DNA of 64,000 bases, taken from assembly GCA_963715865.1 (NCBI GenBank), contig OY970280.1, positions 1,536,001 through 1,600,000 on the forward strand. The letters are read 5' to 3'. This stretch comes from Candidatus Bathyarchaeota archaeon (lineage in GTDB: Archaea; Thermoproteota; Bathyarchaeia; Bathyarchaeales; Bathycorpusculaceae). Positions 50,135 through 58,741 of the stretch are shown one piece after another. Position numbers and translations under genes: made by a program. Below the pieces are notes generated by a model. That model worked only from the letters and a program-made list of their open reading frames with translations, was not told the DNA's origin and did not search any database. How positions within the stretch are numbered: the first letter of the stretch is position 1; the number at the start of each line of letters is the position of its first letter.

Positions 50135-51946
50135 TCATTCCACTTTTTCTCCCCGACGATCCGCAATTATGGTCTCCACCGGGATAATCAACCCTACGAT
50201 GATAGCAGCCACTCCTAGCAGAGATGATGGTGAATACGGATTTTGGAAAACATCTGTTAATACTCCTATTGGTGTTCCTATGAGCAGAGCGCTGATGGGC
50301 AGTTGGATTTTGCTGAAATTGGAAAAATTGAAATAATGCCGCCTAAGTTCGAATAGAGATTTTAGGAAATACAAGACACCAGCTGCCGCTGGGACCAAAA
50401 GAAAATATGGTAGTAGCGAGATTCTCTCCTCGATCTGAATTAATACTATGACAAACCAAGTACCAATTGTTCCTAAGAAGAGCGCCAAATTCAGAAAACT
50501 GTCGCTTGCGTATGTTCCTCGGAAAAATCTAATTGGTGGGGAGGCTTTTACATCTTCTACAATTTCAGGGTAAATTGTGAATTGAGCGAAACGATCGCGG
50601 AAATACTCGTTTTCTTGAATCATCTGTCTCGCTTCTAGTAGAGCAATCAGATATTGGCAAACTGCCCAGGTCCTCACTTCGGTTCCTCCAGGATATAGAC
50701 CCACTCTTTTATCCTTAGTTACGAAAAGTTCTAAGTATTGGCAAATGAGGAAGAAGTCAGTGATAGGAAACTCTGAATCTTTTGAATCTTTGGCAAAGAA
50801 GGTTAAAGCCCATATTAGAAACGGAAGTGAAAACCAAGACAGTCTCACATCAAAGCCATTGGCCAAACGGTAAATTTCCTCTTCGGTTCCCCAAGCATTT
50901 GGAAGTTTTTTGCTTCCTCTTACAAACGGCTCAAGCAGAAAACGCAGTTCTGGTCTATAATTATCTGGCTTTAGACCATTACTTAGAAGGGCTATTAATG
51001 CTTGACAAGTGCTGGGTACATTGGGCCGTTCAGGTTGCCTATTATGACTCGTGTCAGGATAGTAGGTCCAACCATTCTTATTCTTCAGTCTACACCCGCC
51101 TTTATCCTTTTGTAGCCATTCCAAACTTTTCGTGATCCTACTTTGTAATTTGTCACTCGTTTTTTCACTCAATATTTGATGCATTTTTTCGATAAACTCT
51201 CGAATGGCTAATACCGAGATGAAGGTTGAATAGACGCGCGAATCTTGATCTATACATAATCCCCATCCATAATTGGCCTTATTCTGACTTTCAATTAACC
51301 AATCGATCGCTCGTCTTGCCAGGAGAATCTTCAAGATCTCCAAGGTATACTCTTTCCCGTAGTTATTTAGCAACCAATTGTAAGTCGGATTAGCATGCAT
51401 ACTTTCTGCTTTTGCTTTGACCGATTCAATTGTTTCCCATTTCAATGACCATTTTGTCTTCTTGTTTCGCTCAATTTTTAACGCTTCTTTCATTTCTCTG
51501 ATCAGAAAATCGCAATCGCTGCCTTTTTCGTCGGCAAGCAAAAGCTCCAAATGTTCTCTTGCTTCTTTTGGTATTTTTTCTATTTTTGTATAAGCCACCA
51601 GCGCCCTAATAACCCAAGCTGTGGAATCTACAACACTGATATCCTCTTCGCTTATAGCATATTGGGACCAACCTCCGTCCGTATCGTTTCTGAATTTTAG
51701 TAACCACCTGAAGCACCCTAGTAAGACACTACGTTCTTCTTCTTTTCTTAAAAATCCTGGATCTTTCTCGCTCAAATACCTTGAGATTAAGAAAATTGTA
51801 TCTGCTGTGGGATACAAGCCACTTCTGTCCTTCGGTTTTTCTGCCTGAAACCCACCGTCTTCATTTTGATAATTTAGTAGCTCTTGAAGTTCGTTTTCAA
51901 TCTCCTTGTTAAAAATACCGACTGTTTTCTTGGAAAATGTCAACAC
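50135..51946 (-). CDS. Prenyltransferase/terpene-cyclase-like (alpha/alpha) barrel repeat protein with four C-terminal TM helices
   Basis: QW-type repeats LLNYQNEDGGF, WLLKFRNDTDGGW, WLIESQNKANYGW, WLQK...NGW; hydrophobic last 120 aa or so. Confidence 0.7.
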   Translation of the reverse strand: MLTFSKKTVGIFNKEIENELQELLNYQNEDGGFQAEKPKDRSGLYPTADTIFLISRYLSEKDPGFLRKEEERSVLLGCFRWLLKFRNDTDGGWSQYAISEEDISVVDSTAWVIRALVAYTKIEKIPKEAREHLELLLADEKGSDCDFLIREMKEALKIERNKKTKWSLKWETIESVKAKAESMHANPTYNWLLNNYGKEYTLEILKILLARRAIDWLIESQNKANYGWGLCIDQDSRVYSTFISVLAIREFIEKMHQILSEKTSDKLQSRITKSLEWLQKDKGGCRLKNKNGWTYYPDTSHNRQPERPNVPSTCQALIALLSNGLKPDNYRPELRFLLEPFVRGSKKLPNAWGTEEEIYRLANGFDVRLSWFSLPFLIWALTFFAKDSKDSEFPITDFFLICQYLELFVTKDKRVGLYPGGTEVRTWAVCQYLIALLEARQMIQENEYFRDRFAQFTIYPEIVEDVKASPPIRFFRGTYASDSFLNLALFLGTIGTWFVIVLIQIEERISLLPYFLLVPAAAGVLYFLKSLFELRRHYFNFSNFSKIQLPISALLIGTPIGVLTDVFQNPYSPSSLLGVAAIIVGLIIPVETIIADRRGEKVE

Positions 51947-52260
51947 TCTCCTCTGTTTATGTCATAGGGTATTTCACAAGTGAAATCTTCAACCTTAAGA
52001 GAGGCTCCATAAATAGTTTCTATATGATTCCTCAAATCCCAAAGAATAGGTTCTGTTACTTTCTTAATGAATCTGATAGATTTCAATTAGAATGTTCCAA
52101 CTCCTCTTCAGCTCATCGACAGAAACAGCCCCATCGCGCAACCGACTATCCCTTCAAGCCCGATTGATTCCTATAGTTACAACTTAGTCCGGTTTGCAAT
52201 ATAAAACTTTCAAATTTTTCCAAGCGCGCGATTCATGGGCTTCAAACTTATCCACCGCTT
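51943..52260 (-). pseudogene. Degraded ORF remnant upstream of the barrel gene
   Basis: Fragments KPD-stop-VVTIGINRA and GIVGCAMGLFLS, then an open tail SIRFIKKVTEPILWDLRNHIETIYGASLKVEDFTCEIPYDINRGEC whose TGA overlaps the next gene's start. Confidence 0.35.
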
Positions 52261-52505
52261 ACTGTTTTATTTTGTTTTAGATATATGGATGTTTGTAATC
52301 ATACCTAGCCACAACCGCGGGTTTTAAAGACAATAATTGGTATAAACAGTTTATTGAAGAAATCTTCTGCAGTTGGGAATCTATGGGTGGATTAAAACAT
52401 AAGACCTTTAGTTCTTTTTGTCCTCCATTGCCTTCTTAATGATGCTAATTCTTTGCTGCAGTTGTTGGATAATATTTAGGCGATATTCGAGACAGAATGT
52501 ACGAC

Positions 52506-53465
52506 TGTCATGTCAAGTTTCTAACGTTACACTCATAGAGCGTCACTGGAAACGCTTTTACACCTCTGTGGAAGCATGAATGATTGAACCACTCCCTGTA
52601 CTCGCCTAGTTTGCCTTTAAGCCACTCGGGGAACCTTCTAAGATGATACACGAACTCCCTGTTCAAGTTTTGAATGCACCTTTCGACTTTGCCCTTGTCT
52701 TGCGGATAAGAAGGATGTGCAAACTGAGCGTCAATATGATGTTCACTGCACCAGTTCTTCCATTGCTCTTTGAATTGGCTGCCATGATCAGAAAGTATAG
52801 CCTTAGGAAGCCTTCGCTGTTTATCTAGCACAGACGTTGTTTCAGCGGTCGTCAACTCATGATCAAACTGTTCAGCACAAATAATGAACCTGCTGTAATC
52901 GTCAACGCAGACCAGAAACCAGTACTTCTTACCCTGAACATTGAATGGGCCTTTGAAGTCAATCTGCCAAAGCTCATCAGGCGCTTTAGCCCGAAAGAAT
53001 TTCCAACGCTTAAACTCGCTTTGGTACCCGTTTTGACTGTTCCTTGCAAGAACGTTGTTTATGGTTTCCCTGGAAAGCTTAACTCCTTGAGCGCAGCCCA
53101 CAGAATCCCTGATGAAGGCGGGAAGATTGTATAGGCCTTGCTGTATGCGTGCTGTTCCCCATTTGAACGCGGTTCTCAGCTTCAAAATTGAAAGTTCAAC
53201 TTCCTGCGTGACTTTGGCTGGCTTTGATTTTCTGGGTTTGTCTTTGAAGTATTCCCTGCCAACATGCCTTGCGCGTTTTAGCCACCTGTGAACCGTTTGT
53301 CTTGTAGTGTCGAAAAGTTCCGCGATGCGAGAGACTGCTAAGCCTTTCTTGACAAGCTTTCCAAAGGCTCCCCTAATGTCGGGAGATAGCCTCACACCAT
53401 CACCAGACAAACTGTTATGCTTGAACTAAGGATAAAAGGTGTAACGTTAGAAAGTTGACATGACA
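52506..53465 (-). mobile_element. Complete IS481-family insertion sequence, 960 bp
   Basis: 27-bp terminal inverted repeats TGTCATGTCAA(G/C)TTTCTAACGTTACAC (52506-52532, 53439-53465; 1 mismatch); 5-bp target duplication ACGAC (52501-52505, 53466-53470). Confidence 0.95.
52508..53410 (-). CDS. IS481-family DDE transposase (HTH plus rve)
   Basis: WQIDFKG, VDDYSR, SDHGSQF, PQDKGKVER; stop codon lies inside the inverted repeat. Confidence 0.93.
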   Translation of the reverse strand: MSGDGVRLSPDIRGAFGKLVKKGLAVSRIAELFDTTRQTVHRWLKRARHVGREYFKDKPRKSKPAKVTQEVELSILKLRTAFKWGTARIQQGLYNLPAFIRDSVGCAQGVKLSRETINNVLARNSQNGYQSEFKRWKFFRAKAPDELWQIDFKGPFNVQGKKYWFLVCVDDYSRFIICAEQFDHELTTAETTSVLDKQRRLPKAILSDHGSQFKEQWKNWCSEHHIDAQFAHPSYPQDKGKVERCIQNLNREFVYHLRRFPEWLKGKLGEYREWFNHSCFHRGVKAFPVTLYECNVRNLT

Positions 53466-53859
53466 ACGACCTAAGAGTACATAGCCTCAGAAAATATTTC
53501 AAAACTCAACTGCTCGCCTTAGGCGTCCAACCGGACTACGTTGACTACATTATGGCACACACAGTCGACACATATCACGACATCCAAAGCCTAGGAATAG
53601 ACAAACTACGCAACTTCTACTCAGCCTCAGGACTAGCCATAAGACCAAAAACACAAGTCAGCAAAGTCGAAGCCTTAAAAGAAATCATCCGAGCATGGGG
53701 AATGAATCCAGAACAAATCCTAACCCAAGGAGCACTAGCAGAAGGCACAACAACATACAAAAACCAAGAAGAACTTGAAAACCACCAACTTACAGTTCTA
53801 AGCATTCAGCTGCGGCAACTAATCCGCCAAGAAAAAACAGAATAAATGCGCCGCTGGAG

Positions 53860-53937
53860 TGGCGGGTCCGATGGGATTTGAACCCACGACTTTCAGCTTA
53901 GAAGGCTGACGCGCTATCCGTACTGCGCCACGGACCC
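53860..53937 (-). tRNA. tRNA-Arg(TCT); CCA encoded
   Basis: GGGTCCG acceptor stem, TCAGC-CT-TCT-AA-GCTGA anticodon arm, GTTCAAATC, 3' GCCA. Confidence 0.95.
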
Positions 53938-54049
53938 TTTAGGGCTCTTTAATGGAAACACTTCAAGATATAATTTTACCTATCGCTTCACCCAAAAAAT
54001 TAACCAAACTTCCCGCTCAAAATTCAACCAGCGAGCACTAGAGATCCAT

Positions 54050-55054
54050 TCAGTTCTTTATGTGGCCAACTCTTAGTTTATCTACATCAGCCTTGTCGGG
54101 AACCGATACGATTAGGGATTTGTTGAGGGTTTCTCTGCCAAAGTTTACTTTAACTTTAGCAGTTTCAGCATCTGAATAATACGCGGTTAATTTGGCGGCT
54201 GTTTCAATGGCTTTTTTTGTTTTAGGTCCCTGCAAAATCGTTATCGGACCAACAATATCGGGCAATTCAAAGTAATATTCGCTTGGTGTTTTTTGCGCAG
54301 CTAAAAACTTGTTTTCTGCTTCGTTTCTTCCAACAATAATCTTGTTTTTGCCTAATCTGAAGTGCCTGCCAACCCTAAGCAAAGCAATATCCGCCATGGA
54401 AACACGTTTCTTGTTGGCAAAAAGGTCTCTCAGTTTCTTCGAGTACTCTTCGCATGTTAGCAGGCATCCGCCAGCAGGAGATGGATAACTTTTAATTCCG
54501 AATTCTTTGGCAAGTTGGAACTGAGGCTTCCTAGACCTACCCTGAATATTCAGGAGTTTTGTTCTGTCGACTAAGCCTTTTTTTTCAGCAACCGTTTCAG
54601 GCAACAACTTAGCAGATAAAGGCCTCAAAAGTTTACCTTTCAAGCCAGCTTCTTCCTCGATGAGCCGAAGTGCAGGATAATGCTGTGACTTTGGTCTTTC
54701 ACCTAAAACTTCGCCGGTGAAAATAAAGTCTGCACCAATCTCTTTGGCATATTTTTTAGCTTTTTTTATCATAAAGATTTTGCAGTCGATGCAAGGGTTC
54801 ATGTTTTTGCCGTAACCATACTTTGGCTTGCGAAGCATTTGCAAATAATCTTTTTCAACGCTGACCACTTTTAAGGGAACCTTTAACTGATTTGCAGCTT
54901 CGGCTGCTTCGCTGGTTCCGTCTTTCTTGCAAATGCAAAAAGGAGTCTTAACGTTAAAGGCGACTACTTCAATGTCTTGCTTACGAATAAGTTCTGTAGC
55001 AAGAATGCTGTCTAAGCCGCCAGAAAGCAAACCTAAAGCTTTAACGTGAGTCAT
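54050..55054 (-). CDS. PP-loop tRNA thiolation-like enzyme (ThiI/MnmA-like) with a C-terminal DUF814-like domain
   Basis: LLSGGLDS, NPCIDCK, TGEVLGERPKSQ, PAGGCLLT, GRHFRL...IIVGRNEAEN. Confidence 0.8.
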   Translation of the reverse strand: MTHVKALGLLSGGLDSILATELIRKQDIEVVAFNVKTPFCICKKDGTSEAAEAANQLKVPLKVVSVEKDYLQMLRKPKYGYGKNMNPCIDCKIFMIKKAKKYAKEIGADFIFTGEVLGERPKSQHYPALRLIEEEAGLKGKLLRPLSAKLLPETVAEKKGLVDRTKLLNIQGRSRKPQFQLAKEFGIKSYPSPAGGCLLTCEEYSKKLRDLFANKKRVSMADIALLRVGRHFRLGKNKIIVGRNEAENKFLAAQKTPSEYYFELPDIVGPITILQGPKTKKAIETAAKLTAYYSDAETAKVKVNFGRETLNKSLIVSVPDKADVDKLRVGHIKN

Positions 55055-55170
55055 ATCGCCAATAGCATTCTTCACCACAAATAATAATTTACCTATGAAA
55101 CCCAGAAGAAAATCCTGACAAAGCTAGGCGAGAATAATCTTAATTAGCGCTTCATCGAACATGAAAAGGC

Positions 55171-56043
55171 ATGATTGGCATAGCCTTGGCAATACTGTCA
55201 GCGGCAACTTCAGCCCTATCTGTAGTGCTCGTTAGAAAGCATTCCGCGCAATCAAGCGCCTTCAACATCAGCCTAGCCATCAGTTGGGTAGGAATGCTAA
55301 TTCTTTGGCCACTTGCGCTGGTTCTAACCGATTTTGCGGCAATCAATATTGCAAGTATTTTGCTTTTCGCGTTAAGCGGAGTTTTAACTCCCGGATTCGT
55401 AAGGCTGCTTTATTATCAAGGCATGAAAAAGCTTGGAGCACCAGTAAATTCATCGCTTTTCTCAATTTATCCACTTTATACCTCATTTTTAGCCGTGCTA
55501 TTTCTAAGTGAAATTTTGGCTCCCGGAAACTGGATGGGCATCTTTCTTGTATTTTTGGGCGGAATCCTTGTTGAATGGAGTGCCAGAGAAGTTAACAGTA
55601 GCAATAAACATTCAAGAAAAAACCTAATTTACCCATTATTGGGTGGTTTAGCTCTTGGAGTTGGCAGTGTACTGCGTAAGTATGCGTTGGATTTGTTTAA
55701 TGCTCCTGTTTTAGGTGTCGCTGTTGCTTACACGTTTTCGCTTTTGCCTTTTATATTGATGCTCACGTTTTCAAAGCCGATTCGTAAGGATTTATCTTTG
55801 AAAAGAGACTTACGATTGTTTTGGATTGCAGGGATTGGTCAAGCAATCACTTGGTTATTAAGTTTCTACGCTTTAAGCTACGCTGAAGTTTCAGTTGTAA
55901 CCCCACTGCTGTCAATTGAGCCTGTGTTTGTAGCTTTATTTGCTTACCTGTATCTTCGGAAGATAGAGCAAGTTTCAGTTAAACTATTGGTAAGTATTGT
56001 TCTCACAGTGTTAGGCGTAGTTCTAGTTGCAGCAAAATTATAG
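55171..56043 (+). CDS. EamA/DMT-family transporter
   Basis: Two EamA repeats, about 10 TM helices. Confidence 0.88.
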   Translation: MIGIALAILSAATSALSVVLVRKHSAQSSAFNISLAISWVGMLILWPLALVLTDFAAINIASILLFALSGVLTPGFVRLLYYQGMKKLGAPVNSSLFSIYPLYTSFLAVLFLSEILAPGNWMGIFLVFLGGILVEWSAREVNSSNKHSRKNLIYPLLGGLALGVGSVLRKYALDLFNAPVLGVAVAYTFSLLPFILMLTFSKPIRKDLSLKRDLRLFWIAGIGQAITWLLSFYALSYAEVSVVTPLLSIEPVFVALFAYLYLRKIEQVSVKLLVSIVLTVLGVVLVAAKL

Positions 56044-56126
56044 TTTTTCAACCATTCCCTAGCTTGCTTGCCCCCTTTTTTCTAGAATAATTTAAAAAGC
56101 CATTTTAAAATAAACCAAGTGGATTT

Positions 56127-57260
56127 ATGCGTACTAATGAGGATTTGGCGTTGGACATCAGCATCTTCATCCCAGTTTACAAAGAGTCCGATCAATTAGC
56201 TTGGGCTCTAAAAGAGCTTAGTTCGCAAAATGTTTCAAAAGAAATTTTTGTAACAGTCGATGAACCAACGGATGATTTTTCTGAAAAAATAAAACAGTTT
56301 GAAGATGGCAACGTTAAGTTTATCATTAATAAGGAACGCATGGGAAAAGCAAACGCGTTAAACAACACTGTAAAATTGTCTTCAGGGAAAATACTGCTTT
56401 TTCTAGACTCAGACGTTGAAATCCCAAATGACCCAGACTATTTAAGAAAAATTGTTATGGAAATGCAACACGCTGATGTGCTTGACATAAAAAAGAAGGT
56501 TTCGAAAGGAAAATCGTTTTTGTCCAAGATGGCGTATTACGAGTATTTCACGTTTAACATTAGCGCTTGGTTAGCTTCAAGATACATGCATAAGTGTCCT
56601 GCAGTGAACGGTGCAGCTTTTGCAATTAAGCGGGAAACGTTTGAGAAAGTTGGCGGTTTCCACAAGGTTGTTGCTGAAGACATTGATATTGCAACAAGAG
56701 CTTTCATGGCAGACAGCAGTTTCGCTTACACCGCTGAAGTTGAAGTTAAAAACGTTGTTTACTCTGAATGGAGGAAATGGTTTAGGCAGCGCCGAAGATG
56801 GGCAATCGGTCAAGCCTTATGGTTAGAACATTGGTACAAGGATTTAGCTAAACGATTTGTTAAGAAACCCCAAGTTTTTCTGCCAAGTTTATTCTTCCTT
56901 TACCCTTCCATCGCCGTTTTCCTTTTAAGCGCTTTAGTGCCAAGCCTCTGGATGTACAATTCACTACTGGTTTTCTCCCTGTTTTTGTCAGTGAAATTCA
57001 ACATTTTAATGCCAGTTTTCTTGGTTTCCCTTGGAACCGCAAACTTGCTTAAAATATTAATTATTTCGCTATCCAGTTTTGGGTTAACCGCCGCTGTTTT
57101 CTACGGTTTCTCAAGAAAACTTGGGTTCAGGGAAATAAAACTTCACGAATTATTCGTTTACTACTTTTTCTATTCAAACATATGGATGGCAATAATAATT
57201 TTTGGTCATATCCAAGTGTTTGCTTTTAGGAAAAAGGTTGCGCCAGACTGGAGAACATAG
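56127..57260 (+). CDS. Family 2 glycosyltransferase with C-terminal TM helices
   Basis: IFIPVYKE, GKANALN, FLDSD, AEDIDI, QRRRW. Confidence 0.9.
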   Translation: MRTNEDLALDISIFIPVYKESDQLAWALKELSSQNVSKEIFVTVDEPTDDFSEKIKQFEDGNVKFIINKERMGKANALNNTVKLSSGKILLFLDSDVEIPNDPDYLRKIVMEMQHADVLDIKKKVSKGKSFLSKMAYYEYFTFNISAWLASRYMHKCPAVNGAAFAIKRETFEKVGGFHKVVAEDIDIATRAFMADSSFAYTAEVEVKNVVYSEWRKWFRQRRRWAIGQALWLEHWYKDLAKRFVKKPQVFLPSLFFLYPSIAVFLLSALVPSLWMYNSLLVFSLFLSVKFNILMPVFLVSLGTANLLKILIISLSSFGLTAAVFYGFSRKLGFREIKLHELFVYYFFYSNIWMAIIIFGHIQVFAFRKKVAPDWRT

Positions 57261-57291
57261 CCGCCGAAAAATGACTATACAAGTTAACGAA

Positions 57292-58002
57292 TCAGTCTTT
57301 CTTCATTGCCTTTGCTTTGAGCTCTTTAGGCATCAACTCGATAGCATACCTTAAAGCTGTTCGTGGCATAGTCTTCTTGTTTTTAACAATGTAATCGTAG
57401 ACTTCTTTTTGGTGTTTTCGGCTTTCCTCTTTCAGCAGCCACCCGTAACCTTTCTGCACCAGGTCATCCTCATCAGCCAACAGCGCGTCGCATATTTCGA
57501 AAGCATCTGGCAGAAAATCGCCTCTCTTCGCTGGAACAATAAGCGACACAGCCGCAGCCCGTTTAAGCCACCGATTCTCGCTTTTAGCCCAGCTTTTCAC
57601 TTCGCTTAAGCTTTCTGGATACTTTTGAATTAAGTCGCCGACGGTGTGGTTGCAGAACCCGTCACATTTAGCCCAATTATTAATGTACCGTTCAATCCAC
57701 GCTTTGAAGGTTGCCAAATCGCTTGACTCAAGGTGCTCAATGTAGTTTGGCAGCCAGAAGGAAACTATGAAAGCTTCTTCAGTGTAGTCTGAACGGTAAA
57801 GCTCTTCGCACAGCTTGAAAATTGTTTGTTTGTCTAAAGTTTTTACTTGGTTCCAGTATTTTTTGGCTATTTTACCAACGGTTCCAGTTTTAACCCCATA
57901 ATATTTTACCTGTTCTTTGAAGAAGCGTTGAAAACTTTTTTGTGTTTTCTGGTCTGTGTTAGCTTTTAGTTCGTCTCTTATTCGGTCGAGAATATTGTTC
58001 AT
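57292..58002 (-). CDS. AlkD-like DNA alkylation repair protein
   Basis: INNWAKCD, WAKSENRWLKRAA, DLVQKGYGWLLKE, RTALRYAIE. Confidence 0.88.
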   Translation of the reverse strand: MNNILDRIRDELKANTDQKTQKSFQRFFKEQVKYYGVKTGTVGKIAKKYWNQVKTLDKQTIFKLCEELYRSDYTEEAFIVSFWLPNYIEHLESSDLATFKAWIERYINNWAKCDGFCNHTVGDLIQKYPESLSEVKSWAKSENRWLKRAAAVSLIVPAKRGDFLPDAFEICDALLADEDDLVQKGYGWLLKEESRKHQKEVYDYIVKNKKTMPRTALRYAIELMPKELKAKAMKKD

Positions 58003-58088
58003 GTCAGTAAAGCGGTTTTTTGAGAATAATAGTTTTTCTTTAAGATTGATCTGAAAAGTTGGGGCAAAAAGAAGGAATGAAGTGATGG

Positions 58089-58379
58089 TTAATAATTTTC
58101 CATTTGGTAGAGGCCAAAGTCGATATTTAGCGGTTTTTCAGGTTCATGCGCTTCTTCCAAGTCATAGAGGTGCTGTGTAGCTTTCTCCAGTCTGCTGCTG
58201 CTTTTAACAGTCACTTTAGGCTTAACCATTCTAACTTTCATTTTGCTTTTAGGCTTAGGGACAAGGTGGGTACCGCTAATGACCATTGAGTTATCGATGA
58301 TTTTTGGGACAATCTCAACCTTCGCATCCTCAACCGTCAACGCGTACTTCAACGCTTCATCATGCACATGCTTAGTCAA
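58089..58379 (-). CDS. Hypothetical protein (96 aa) translationally coupled to the RHH gene
   Basis: TTG 58379 behind GGAGG and overlapping the upstream stop. Confidence 0.6.
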   Translation of the reverse strand: MTKHVHDEALKYALTVEDAKVEIVPKIIDNSMVISGTHLVPKPKSKMKVRMVKPKVTVKSSSRLEKATQHLYDLEEAHEPEKPLNIDFGLYQMENY

Positions 58380-58527
58380 CGCCTTTTCTCCTCCAAACCT
58401 CGGCACTAATTAAATCACGGATAGCAACTCGGATAGCTTCGGCACGGTTAGGATAGAACCGTTCGCCAACCAGCTGGTCCAAAGCTTTTATATACGTTTC
58501 AGGCAGATACAGAGTGATCAATTTCAT
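58372..58527 (-). CDS. Small RHH regulator, CdrS-like (51 aa), not in the ORF track
   Basis: MKLITLYLPETYIKALDQLVGERFYPNRAEAIRVAIRDLISAEVWRRKGVD. Confidence 0.82.
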   Translation of the reverse strand: MKLITLYLPETYIKALDQLVGERFYPNRAEAIRVAIRDLISAEVWRRKGVD

Positions 58528-58741
58528 TTAGTTATCTCTCCCAATTAATGAGTGAATAAACAAACACTAACTTGTTGGCTATAGTTCTATATATCATGCC
58601 TTAAATATGCTTATAACATGTTCGTTACTTGGTTTATAAGCTTTTTATGGGTGACGTTGCAGGTTCTTGTCAATTTCCGCGAGAGAACCTTTATGTTTTT
58701 ATGTCTTATTGAAGCATCTTACGTGCAGGTGTGCATGGTCA

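Larger units (their letters stand above)
52473..53845 (+). pseudogene. Tyrosine recombinase (integrase) C-terminal remnant interrupted by the IS
   Basis: Removing the IS and one ACGAC copy restores RMYDLRVHSLRKYFKTQLLALGVQPDYVDYIMAHTVDTYHDI (HxLR box, catalytic Tyr region); an in-frame TAA at 52470 shows the N-terminus is lost. Confidence 0.85.
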
